DNA of 64,000 nt from Lingula anatina (lineage: Eukaryota; Animalia; Brachiopoda), in the NCBI GenBank assembly GCA_051362555.1, contig CM120648.1:13636587-13700586 (forward strand), in the 5' to 3' direction. Shown piece by piece: positions 38,570-50,889 of the stretch; position 1 is the stretch's first letter, and every line of letters starts with the position of its first letter. A program made the translations under genes and the position numbers. The notes below the pieces were generated by a model, which saw nothing but the letters and a program-made list of their open reading frames with translations, had not been told where the DNA came from and did no database searches.

Positions 38570-40793
38570 TCAGAGGTGAAAGCAGTTGTGCAGAAAGCAT
38601 CTGCGCTCTCCAAAGGCGAAGGGACTAGAAAGCTGAAGTTTAGGATTGGATCCGTGGTGACAGGGGTTGGAAAGAGAACAATCCAAGAAGTCCTTAATGC
38701 TAACAACCGCTAGCAGCAAAGCAATCCTAAATTTATGAATAAGGCACCTCTTCTACCAATCAAATCAAATATGGTTATGGATCGCCACCAGGTGGATTTG
38801 GTAGACTTGTCGTCCATTGAAGTAAGAGACGGCGAGGACACATACAAGTGGATTCTTTCCTTAATGGACATTTTTAGTAGATACATTTGGCTTCGTCCCT
38901 TAAGGTCCAAATCATGTGATGAAGTCACTGACACGTTAAGGGATATCTATAATATATTTGGCCCTCCAAGAGTTTTACAGTCTGACCAAGGTGGGGAGTT
39001 CAAGGGAGCTGTGACAAAACTGTGCAAGTCACTAGATGTCAAAATTATTCACTCTTTGGCTTATTATCCACAGTCGCAAGGGCAGATCGAAAGATCACAC
39101 CTCACATGGAAAGAAAAACTTCGGTATGGTCTTATATATCGTGAGACGGGTGTAAACTGGGTCAGAGAATATCAAGAGTACGAACTACTTTATAATGAAG
39201 GTCCCCATTTGGCTCTCGATGGCAGATCCCCATTTCAGGTTTTTTACGGCAGAGCGAGTAATCGGGTTTCCACTAACGAGGCTGAAGAATACTGTAAATG
39301 CTAGGAGGAGGAGGAGGATTTCTATCCTACTGTGGACGACCTTGTAACTCATGAGGATGCTGTACAAAAGACAAGAAGCCAAGCCGAAAAAAAGTTGCGA
39401 AAAAGCAGCAGCACAGATGATAAAAAGAAACCTAAGAAAAAACCCACCTTCAAAATACCACATTGGGGATAATGTACTTGTTTCTGTAGATCAAAAAGAC
39501 AAAAGAGTGCAGAGAGGAGGACATGGCATCTGTAAACCGAGGGTGGCACAAGGTACTGTAATTTTGGCCGACTCTGAAACACGCTGTTACAAAATTAAAG
39601 TAGAAAACGAAAAACCAATTTGGTACCGAGTGGACCGCATAACATCATTAAGTAGGGATGTCGACAGAAAAAAGCCAAATTAGGATCTCTCGTGTGTCTA
39701 TACAGAAACTGTCGTGCTAAAAAAACAAAACTGAAATTGCAAAAATAAAATGTGCGATAGATGCTGTCCACAACATTAGTCAAACATCCCACTAATGCGC
39801 ACGGGGTGCATTACAGTAATTTCGTTCCGGTAATGACTGGGATGGTTATCTCCAGGGCATGGCAGGTACATCCTGGGGTGACCATATTGGGCTGCAGGCA
39901 GCTTCGACATTGTACGGTGTAGATATAATGGTGGTGTCTAGCTTAGGCGAAGGAGCAAGTCAGTTTTTTGCATTTCACGACTGAAAATGGTGATGTCAAT
40001 CAACCGAACATGATTATTCTCGGACATCTATATTTCACTTCAGGCATTAAATTTTAGCACACCCAGCGTCAATGACAATAGCTCCAGTATCACAGCAGAT
40101 GTTACACAGGGCCGTAGCCTCCGGGGGGGCAGGGGGGGCAGCTGCCCCCCCTGGAATTTGGAATTTTACACACCACACCCACCCCCCTCGGTAGCTTCGC
40201 CCTCTCGTGTCCGCTTACTGCCCCCCCTGGCATTTTGCTCAGGCTACGGCCCTGTTACATCTATTAATGAGCCTGGTAGTTATAATTTCACTTCGTCAAA
40301 AACTGAATTTGATGTAGGGAATTATAACGTCAAGGAATATTTGTGTTTAGAATTACATGTAGAATCGAAAAACAAAATAAATATGCCTTTCAATAATGCT
40401 AACAGTCACAGTCCGGATGAAAATGTTGGAGAAAATGGGGTAACCCTTCATAGAAATAATGCTCGTGTTGTCAAATTTGTGAAGTACATGGATAAAAGGG
40501 GGAAAACATTCAAGCGACAGATAATTTCGGGTGGGTCAGTTGGTGGAAGTGAGTTTTTGCTCGTACCGGACGAGAATATGCTTATTTTTGACGATACATC
40601 TTTATATATGGACTCCTCTATTAGCACAAGGTTAAATGATGTATGTTCAGTACTGGTTGTATTATGTATACAAAGGTGACAGACAAGGAATTAGAATAGA
40701 TGATGATGGTACAGTCAGTATGACTCAAACGCAAGCTTCTGAATATGACGAATGGTTAACTTCAGTGAAAGGAGAAGTTTGTTATGAATCGTA
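38570..40793 (+). pseudogene. Intronless Ginger-type (KRBA2/SCAND3-like) integrase with OTU-like domain, decayed
   Basis: rve core QVDLVDL...MDIFSRYIWLRPL...LQSDQGGEF...PQSQGQIERSH (D-34-E). Stops at 38711 and 39302 and a frameshift near 39390. It continues with PSKYHIGDNVLV, a Cys-rich patch, and WDGYLQGMAGTSWGDHIGLQAASTLYGVDIMVVSSLG (~39835-39950). Confidence 0.85.
40107..40254. mobile_element. MITE with CAGGGCCGTAGCC TIR and 5-bp TSD
   Basis: TIRs cagggccgtagcct / aggctacggccctg with TSD ttaca. Confidence 0.88.
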
Positions 40794-43700
40794 ATTAGTA
40801 GAAGTAGAAACGGTAATGACATTTTCTCAAGGTTACTTGTGTAATCTTTTATCTTACTTTCAATTTTATCTTTGTAAGTTGAGGGTGTTAGTCTTTAATG
40901 ACATGAATTAGTGTTATTAGAAGTAGGATTGTGGTGTTTTCATAAACTTGTATAAGGCATGTTATTTATATTAAATAGTTCACTTGTCTATTGCTACATG
41001 TATATTGTATTGTTCAATGACATCACTTTGCCTCAAGGACCCTCAAGTGCACCTATCTGTTATCATAACGAATTGCATTGTAATTCAGACCTGGGACCAG
41101 ACCAGTTTTATGTCAAGAATGTATAAGGTGAACATGAATACGCAAGAATATAAGAATTGTTACTAAAAACCCCAGAGTTATTAATTCACATTATACACCT
41201 GTGCTGTACATGATACATGTATGTAGTACTGTAGGAATATAGAATAAACGATATGCCGCTATGTCTGTTTTTGTCTTATAAGATTTGATGATGTTTTCTT
41301 TTCTTCCAAATGTTGTCTTCAACTGAACATGATAATGAATAAATCCCTTCTCTTTCTACTTTAGTAATATATTTTTCTACTAGCACTACTCATCTGAATT
41401 ATTTTAAAGCACTTTTAATGTTATACAGTAGTAGGTTCAGGAAAAAAGCTTTTTACAGCGCCCAAACCCAATATATCGTTTTCCGCACTGTGGGTTCAAC
41501 TACAGTAAGTCTTCGCGCGCTTGTGTTTTTTTTTTCTATTACTATCTTTGTGACAAACATTATAATACTAGTTGTCAACGCTGCGGAGTCAGTAAAATGA
41601 AAATATGCGAGTATGATACAAAACCATTAGGCAAGATAAATTGACTAACTTGCTAAATGATGAGTCCCTGGCCTGAATTTTGATCAAACTTACAAACTGA
41701 CCCCTGGAAACCACAAAATTTTCTTTCATGCCCGAAATCTGTGAATTTAAATACTCGATCCCCACCATTAAAAGTGCCACCGACCCTCACATTGACTGCC
41801 TCTGTAAAAGAGCACAATTCAAATTAATTTAAAAGAGACAAACCTAGCTGTTATTACAGAATCGGGATTCTTTAACATAGATTTTGTCTCGACTCCAGGG
41901 ACGTCTCAATTTCTTTTTCGCCCTATATATCTTATTCAGTTGAATGGTCTTTATCGCAGCATCTATATTTAAGTTCATTAAAAACCACAAATCAAACGAA
42001 TTGTGTGTACGCGCCGTAATGTACATTATCTTTGGATGGTTATTTTAACCGACCAAGCTAGGATAGTCACAAAACATGATAAAGTATACCAGTAGAGTTA
42101 CTTAAAGTCCTTAAAGCATCATTGTGTACCCATTGACTGATTAAACCTGTTGCAACTACCTGCAGGTCAGTCTACTTGTTGTGTACCAGTAGTATTGCGG
42201 GGATTTTGTCATTAATGAGCAGATATGAAGTACAATGGTTGGACCAGCTCGAGATTTAATTCCTTAGTATCTTTGTAAAAATTAACACTGTTTCGTAATA
42301 AAATAAATATTTAGGCGATTGATTAACATTAACAATAACCCGCCCCTAATGTAAACGTAAAAAAAAAATAAAAAACGGAAAATCGTACATAATTTCATTT
42401 TCTAATGTAATTTAGGCATAAGAGTTAAATGTAAAATCTAATAACGGTAATGAAATAAAAATTTACAACTAGCCCCAGTCTCCCCTACTGCGGGACGCAG
42501 AAAGGTCGCCGTCCAGTGTAAAGGGGGCTTTAGTGAATCGGCATATACATTCACACAATGGAGTTTTAAAAGTCTATCTAAGGAAATGTGCATTTACTTA
42601 CATGTTAAATGTTGTGTAGGGAAGGGGATAGATATCTTTCAGCTTTATTTCCAGTAAATGCGATGAAAGATATTGATTTCCCTTCTCATTTTAATAAGCA
42701 GAATAAACAAATGCCTCTAACAAAAATGCCTTAATTAAACCAGTTCTCTAGCGCGACGTTTCCTACATAAGGACTCTGAAAATAAATCTCCAGATTTATT
42801 TTCAGTTTATTTTCCATGAAAGTTTTAGGTGTCTCATTGACTCATGATATATAAAACTAAAATAAAGCACTGGACATTAAAATATTTATGAATTAGGCCT
42901 AAAAGTGGAATTAAAATTTGATACTGCAGAGAGACAAAAAAGAAAAAAAACTACTTAAAACTGTTTACTGTCCTCAAAAGTCAGCAGTCTACTATTGCTG
43001 GGTAAGAATTTAAAAAAGAGAACTTGTTGGATGGGTGGGATCACCATAATTTGTTTCCTTGTTTTCTACATTCTGCCTTGCAAGATATCATTGAGAGAGA
43101 TCTCTCTCAATTATTTTACTGGTGGCGCTAAAAACATTGTGAAGTTTTTCTGTTCTTTCACTGTAGCCACCAGACGCTAATTAAAATGCATTAAAATGCT
43201 TTCAATATTACATGTATAAAAGTTAATTAAAATGGGGTCATTATTTGTAAACGTTACAAGTTATCTTAAAATGTACAGTCATTGTCTGTTTTTTTTTACT
43301 GTGATTTGTAATTTAATGATTTTGTTTTCCATTAACAGTGATCACTCCTCCATATGATACCCTCAATTAAGAAAAAAAAAGAAAAACAAAACTCATTTGA
43401 TTACATAGGACAGTCCCTATACCAAACACCTCCAGCTGGCAGATAATCTGAAAATAAATTTTCATTTATTATGTTGGTATTATCATTTCTTTTTAAGACT
43501 GGTTCCTTGCAACACAATAAATGATATGACTAGTAAGGTATATAATGATGGGCTTGTGTGGGACATCTTTTCTTCCAGGTATGCCTGTCTCTACAGTCTA
43601 TTACTCTGTTGTTAGTAAATTTCATATGAAACAATACTGCCCCAATTCCAGCAATATTCTTTTAAATTTCTGTGTTTATCATATCAGACTTTGGGAATAA

Positions 43701-45609
43701 TATCTCTGTACTTAACTGTTGCACAATTTGTGTATTGGGCTTTGTGTCAAAGGTTATACAATCTTAAATATCTTGTGAAAGGAGGGACTCCTGGGTGTCC
43801 TTAGATTTTTTCCCCATATTTTATTCTCTGATGGTTTTTTCTGAATTGTTTACCTGTTACTGATAACAGTAAATGTGAGGTGTTGCCTTTTGAGTGACAG
43901 ATTTGTGTTCAAAATGATTACAGTTGAAAATGGAATTGATATGTGCATTTATTAGTTAAGCCATTTTTCTGAATATTTTTTTCTTTGAATCTTCTTTTAT
44001 AAAGTTATTTTCTTTTATGTATAAAGCAAGCATGACTTTGATTTAGTTACATTTTTGAAAGATTACACTTGTACTAGCCATTTTACATTGTATACCTGAT
44101 GTGTATTTATTCTTCTCCAAATTGTTCAGTGTGTTTAAACTTAGACATCTACAATTGTGGTCCCTAATTTACTGCAGCATTATCTTTTCAAGTAAAGGTA
44201 CATGTATGTATTAGCTAGTATTTGTATGTGCATGTTTCATGAGTGCATTAAATGAGTGCATAATAATGTATAGACATTTCTGTCAGGGCTCTGTCTTCAG
44301 TGCTGTTAACATCTGGCACACTTATTGTAATAAAACTTCCTGTCATGACAATAAGCAAGTGTTGGGTTTGTTTTTGTTTCAGTGAAAGCAGAGAGTGACA
44401 TAAAGTGGTCATTTCTATTTTAGTTGAGTGATGTAAAGATTTAAAATTGGAGGAAGGTAATTTTCTACTTTAAGGGACAGTTTGTAAAAATAAGATTATC
44501 TGAAAGTCACAAATGGATATAGTAATAAATGAAAAAAAGTTTGGATGAAAGTCAAAGTTCTTCAACTATAATCAAAATTCATTTATGTTATACAGGCCAA
44601 ATTATTTGTTTAGGCCCATATTTGAGGATGTGGGTTTGAAAAAATTGCTCTTTTTGCTGGAAAGGGTCTAAAACCTATCATGGTACCATTACTGTGACGT
44701 ATCCTAACTTGGATCAACTAAACGAGTAAAGAAAATCCACTTTTTTGGATAACGACAACCCCCCTTCAGCATCCCACCCTTCAACATTGCTGGCTACTTA
44801 TAAATATTAAAATCACCTTTTTAGCAAAATTTTCTCTTTTATTTAGAAAAGAAAGAAAGACAAAACCCATTTAATAACATAACATCAATATTTTATTGTA
44901 CCAGTAAAATAGAGGTATTTTAAGAAAATGATATTCTGAAGTGTTCAAACTGGATGCCACAGAGCTAATAATAGATGTGCACTGACAACCCTGAAAAATG
45001 AAAGATGAAAATAATAAAATAAAATTCAGTTAAAATGTATTAGCTGTAAAAAGATGTCGACAGTAACTCTACAACCACTAGCTCCTAACTACTATCACAT
45101 AATTACTGCTTTCATGAACAGTTTTACCAGCAGTTTGACTAAGTTTTTCTCCAAAACTCTTTAAAATTTAACTTTGTTATGATGTCATTAAAGCAAGGAA
45201 ACAAAAAAAGAACTTTCTTGTGACCGTATAATTAATCTGTTCTTTTATAAATACTGTACTGTAATTTTTTTTCATTCCTAAATGTCTGAAATGGTGAGAT
45301 TTAATAATGAATGATGATAATAATAACCATTTCTGTTCTTGGCCTGCATCTGAAGCAAGATGTGAAAAGATTTAACATCTTCCTCCACCTTGATTGGCAG
45401 CAGTCCTTGGGAGCTGAAATATATGACACAGTATTACTTACTAATATGCAATAATAAATTACCTTCAATAAGCAGTCAGTGCATCTTATTTCATATATGA
45501 AACTGCGTCAAAATATTTACCATTGTTTAGAGTTAACAAATTTGCCAAGTATCATTTTAAACTCGCAAAAAGCACAAACTGTGTTGGCACAACACAAGGA
45601 GTGTGTATG

Positions 45610-45612
<3 letters not shown>

Positions 45613-45645
<33 letters not shown>

Positions 45646-45650
45646 TGTGT
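45613..45650. repeat. (TG)n microsatellite
   Basis: Direct reading. Confidence 0.95.
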
Positions 45651-46298
45651 ACATTCACAGTCACATTCCATCAGTGTAATAAATAGATCTCTATTCTATT
45701 GCCCCTGCTGCCTTAACCTCTCTCCTTCATGTCTGAGTGTCACAGCTCTTGTGTCTTTAACATCATCTGAAGAAAAAAATAGAAACCATACTTGTCCACA
45801 ATAAGGATATCACATATTCAAAGAAATACATTCAATAAAAATAGATAACAGTGAATTAACTCAGTGATTGTGCAAGAGAATCAGCTTATTGTGTGGGTAC
45901 ATTTTTAAAGTGTGTTATAAATGAATGCCTGTTAAATTTGATGTATACCATCTTACCTCTTTCTTTAATGCTCTCAGCATCTGACACACTCTTTCCGTCT
46001 TTTATGTCGCCTGAAGACAAAAATGTGGAATAGAAACTATCTGTGTACTAATAGGATTTGGGCAAAAATACAGAATTGCATGAGTGAAAACTCATACAAA
46101 GACTATTCATTAAAAAAATTGATTATTTTCATGAAGACCAGATTTAGTATTTGAGCAACACTGTGCACATGTAGTACGTGTACATGTTAGTGTGTGTGCA
46201 TGAATGTGCATGTTTAATATATGTATAAAATCATAACTGAATCTTGGCTCCATTCAACCAGATGCATGGGGAGGCATGTGAGAGGCGGAGTTATATTA

Positions 46299-46440
46299 AA
46301 AGGACCAAAACTCGCACCCTGAAAATCAACAGCTACAAGGACCAAGACTCGCACCCTGAGAGTCAACAACTACAAGGACCAAGACTTGCATTCTGAGAGA
46401 CAACAGCTACAAGGACCAAGATGTGACTTGCACCCTGACA
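46299..46440. repeat. ~37-bp tandem repeat x~4
   Basis: Units resemble aaggaccaagactcgcaccctgagagtcaacaactac. Confidence 0.88.
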
Positions 46441-46574
46441 ATTCATAATTCCAACTTTTTTTATTTTTTGATAAGTAGATTTTGTCTGTAAACAACATAT
46501 ATATAAAAACTTGCACATTAGAAATAAAACAATGCATGAAACATTTAACTACCAACTAAAACATTTAGTTGCAT

Positions 46575-46741
46575 CAGGCCCGTAGCCAGGGGGGTTCGGG
46601 GGGTTCGAAAGAACCCCCATTTTTGCTGGAAAAAGGTCCACTCTGGGTAAAATTTGACCTAGGTACATAGGGATTATATGGTTAAAGGTCCACTTTTTCA
46701 GAAAAAGACCCCCCCCTTTGAAACTGCTGGCTACAGGCCTG
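46575..46741 (-). mobile_element. MITE of the CAGGCCCGTAGCC family, inverted
   Basis: TIRs caggcccgtagcc / ggctacaggcctg with TSD tgcat. Confidence 0.9.
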
Positions 46742-47779
46742 TGCATATACCTCTTACACTTTTAACTTACTTCATGTGGTTAAAGCCTAAAATGATAACA
46801 CAAACTGCATTTCTATATACTGATAAGCAATAACTATTAATATTAGCAAGAGCACAGCTCAAGAACATATTTTTCATCCCTTAGAAGTATTGCAGAGGTT
46901 GTGATGGTGGTCATTGCCACACAGCATTTAGAAATGATGGGTGCTTTTCTTATGATAATTGTAGGTTAAGACATGGCAAAAGGATTAATCCTGGTCCTAT
47001 TCATTCTATTCAAGCCTAGAAGAAATTAATAAAGTTTTCAATAGAATATCTCTAAAAATTTTCTAACTACATTTATCGCACGCTCACACACATACACATT
47101 GAAATTAATAATAATAAATTGCAATATTTGTAATAGGTAAACTTAAACAGCACCATTTACAATCAATCTTTACCTTAAACTGCACTATTTATACTTAATT
47201 CATGACAGTATTGATAAACAAAGTTTATCTGGAACTGAACTTTGGGCAAAGTTGAACACCCATCATCAATTAAAAACCCAATTTGAATCAAGGCCTGAAA
47301 ATGTTAGAAAACACATGCAAGTCAGGGCACCACAAATTGTGGTGTACCCACTATCATGCCCTAAACATTGAAGGTCCTGCTTCGTTTAATGGACAATAAT
47401 TATGAAATTAAAAAGATGAGTTTTACAGACGATCTACATCTTCCCATTAAATAGTAATTTCAATATGAAAAAGTTGTGATTTTTACAAATATTGTATTCA
47501 GTATTTTCAAAGTCAGAATTTCTAAAAATCAGATCATTCCTATGGGATGGTACAAACAAAATTATAAACATACTTGACTTCTATATAATTATATTCTATG
47601 CAGTAAAAGCACCACAAATGCTATAAAAAATAAATATTGTACTTATGAAATGATGTATCTGAATGTTTGATAATTTTTACCCTTCAAAAAGATTGAGTGT
47701 TTACTATATGTTCTTTATTTTTGTGGAACAACTCTAATTTCCTTTTAAAGGCAGAAACTTAGAAGTGATGCATTTGCAG

Positions 47780-47836
<57 letters not shown>
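47780..47836. repeat. (GT)n(GA)n microsatellite
   Basis: Direct reading. Confidence 0.95.
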
Positions 47837-47837
<1 letters not shown>

Positions 47838-50753
47838 AATGAATTATGCATAAACATTGACTGAAGAAGAGAGAGAAAGGGAGAGAGAAAAATTAATCAT
47901 ATTTAAGCAGCAACTGACAAACCTCCACAGAATTATGACCTGTAGATTTCTGGAACATGAAGTGCAGGTCCTCCGGACCTTCAGTACCTCCAAAGTTTTC
48001 CCAATGTTTAAATTTGCAATACAAAAATGGAAAATAAGGGGATGATAACAAAACACACGTGCTGCCATATCCTCAAGAGCATTAAGATTGGTTCCCTTAA
48101 CCAGACTAAAAACCAAAGTTTTGCTGACAAATCCAGTGGGTTAACAAAAACAATTCCGTAATGGTGAAAACCAACAGTCCCTTAAATGATTATTTGCCTA
48201 TCACTTATTGACAAGACATGCAAACACACATATTATTCATCTGTGTTATATTGCCATTTTATGACATGATTCCACCCAAAACGCCAAACCAATGGTACAA
48301 TAAAACTTATTTTGGCTTTATGTTTTTTTCTGAAAATTAACACAATACATTTGCACACACCCCCCACACCCTGGGCAAAAAAGTACACGTTTAAAGCTAA
48401 AATTTAAGATTCATATATTTTAAAACATGCCTATGGTTAGTTTACAATACTGTATCTTTCACAACTACTAGTTTCAATACCTCCCCTCCCCCCCCCCCCC
48501 CCCCCACCCGCCTTGCAAACAACTACCGGTACATTATATGCACATACAATGGACGTACAGCATATGCGTATGCAGGGCGCAAACCACTTCAACTTACTCA
48601 CAATAAAACATGAAGAAATTACATAAGAAGCCAAGTAACGGATATTTAACTTACATTGTGACATTCATTCCACACATGAGACCAGAACGCTACTACCATC
48701 ACTCAATTGACAAAATTATCATTACCAGTGAATATAAAGCTTGTTGGAAATGTTGAAAAATCTACAAGTTACAGGCCATCGCACATTTTTAAAAACTTAC
48801 ATGTTCAAAAATGAATGCCAAATTATGATAAAACAGGAACAGATAAAGAAAAAAACCATTAAGCTACCTTTGGTACAATTCAAAAGTCTATGTTTACAAT
48901 TACGTTGTGTGTGCTGCCATTTTGCTACTCGCCAGTATCTTAGGAGAATATTCAGTGAAATTGATACAAGGATATTCCTATGGTGTATAAAATGTTACAG
49001 AATTAAATACTGTATCGTCTCGTTAAGTTTATTAGTATTAAACTCGAAAGGCAATTGTATAAACACCTCTACATCTTACTGGTCTCTGTGCCTTTCTCTC
49101 CCGCCATTTTCTCTTGGAGCTGTAGCCCCCTTTTTGAAAACGAGGCCAAAACTAATAATTTCCTAAATAACCGCCAACAGACGAGCTGTCTGCTCCCACA
49201 GGGTATATGTACATTATTATGTAATTCAGGTGAGAGGTGTTCAGAGAGAGGTCTGTAGAAGATGGAGGAGACAGATATTCAGGGTACGTTGCTACATTTT
49301 CCACATGTCCGCCAAAAATTAAGCACAAAAAATGACATCAACTAACAAGTTGCATTTGCCTTCCATACATGATATAAGATTACGTTGCGTATTTTGTGTT
49401 GACGACGTTGGCCCAAATGATGCAGTTCGCGGTTTAGTCCTTATGACCGTAGAAACATTGTACAAACGTCAAATACACTCTCCATTAGAAGTCAAAAATC
49501 AACTATAAGTTTTAATAATTTTCTGTTATTTTAGAGAGGAAACGCATTTGCCAATGAGGAAGTGATGGGCTTATTTTAGCTGCCAAAAGGTCTGAACTAG
49601 ACATCCGTCTTCAACAGTTCAAAACTATTGGGTAGGTATCTACATTCATTTTATGGCCTTTGTTTTTTGGGAGAGGACAACGACTTTTTCAAAGTATGAA
49701 AATGTCCTGTTCATTTAAAGAAATCTAAACATACAAATGCGTATTAAGCAATAAAATATTGTAATATGTCAGTGCATTCCTGGAAACGATAGACTCAGGC
49801 TGTGTTATTTCCTCGTATTTGGCCACAAATTCATGCAGAGAATGAACCAACCGTTTGACACAGGGGTTATAGGTGCTTTAACCGAAAACAGCAAAATGGT
49901 AACTTACCAAAAAACGGATATTACTTATTTTCATTGTGCATTCTGGCATTTTTTACTAATTAAACCTTAAAATTGTATATGCAATTGTCCTTGTAATATT
50001 GGTTGCTATGGCAACAGTGACATGGTATTTGTTTACTTTAAATTCATAAATTAGAGTACCAAGAGTGTTTCCCACTTCATATTCAGTTAAAAAATTCATG
50101 ATAATGTGTAAAAAAATTTTTCAAACTGTTTCCTTAGCAACAGCTATCAAAATGTCGATTTCCATTGCAACAGATCCATTCCTTAGAAGCCATTATTTTT
50201 GTTTTTAGTGATAGCACATTTTTTAGAATCATTTCCATCCAAGTCTCCGCTGTCCTTTTGTCAGATTCTTCTTGGCATACTGTAACTTTCCAGAAAATTT
50301 TAATGGATATTTTACTCCATTCAAAAGTTATGCCAATTTTGTTTAATTGATTAGGCAATTAGGTGACCCTTTTGGTTGCAACTGTTACGTATGCTTGCAT
50401 ACCAGTCTTATTCAAAATTTTGTGGGCGACTAGTTAGCATTCTTTTAAATGTAATGACTTATGATTGGCCTGCTTAATTTTCAAAAAATAAAATGTTTTG
50501 GAAGGCTGATGAATTTCTTTATCAGATCATTTTGGCTGATATTTTTGTTTTCTAAAAAGTTTTTTTCTGGTAATAATCTGTTAAGAGATTGGTACAGAGG
50601 CATAAACAGCCCCCTTGTTGGCAAGCATTGTTAAGTCCTCTACTGAAGAAAATGTGCTGCTTGAAGAAAATATGTTCAGATTATTTAAAAGTTGAATAGA
50701 ATTTTATATATAAATGCCAAAATAAGATGTTGTAATGATCTACATATTGCTTA

Positions 50754-50756
<3 letters not shown>

Positions 50757-50788
<32 letters not shown>
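50757..50788. repeat. (TA)n microsatellite
   Basis: Direct reading. Confidence 0.95.
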
Positions 50789-50792
<4 letters not shown>

Positions 50793-50889
50793 ATTTTAAT
50801 GTGATTTTCTTCTTTTAATTTCAGGCACTCCAAACTACTGCGTTTCCGGGAAATAGGATATATGCTCCATGAGAGATCTAAACTTCATA

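Noticed and set aside
38735-39304. Polinton/Maverick or LTR retrotransposon
   Set aside because: I saw no DNA polymerase B, ATPase, capsid, gag, RT or LTR nearby. The motifs fit Ginger-type integrases better.
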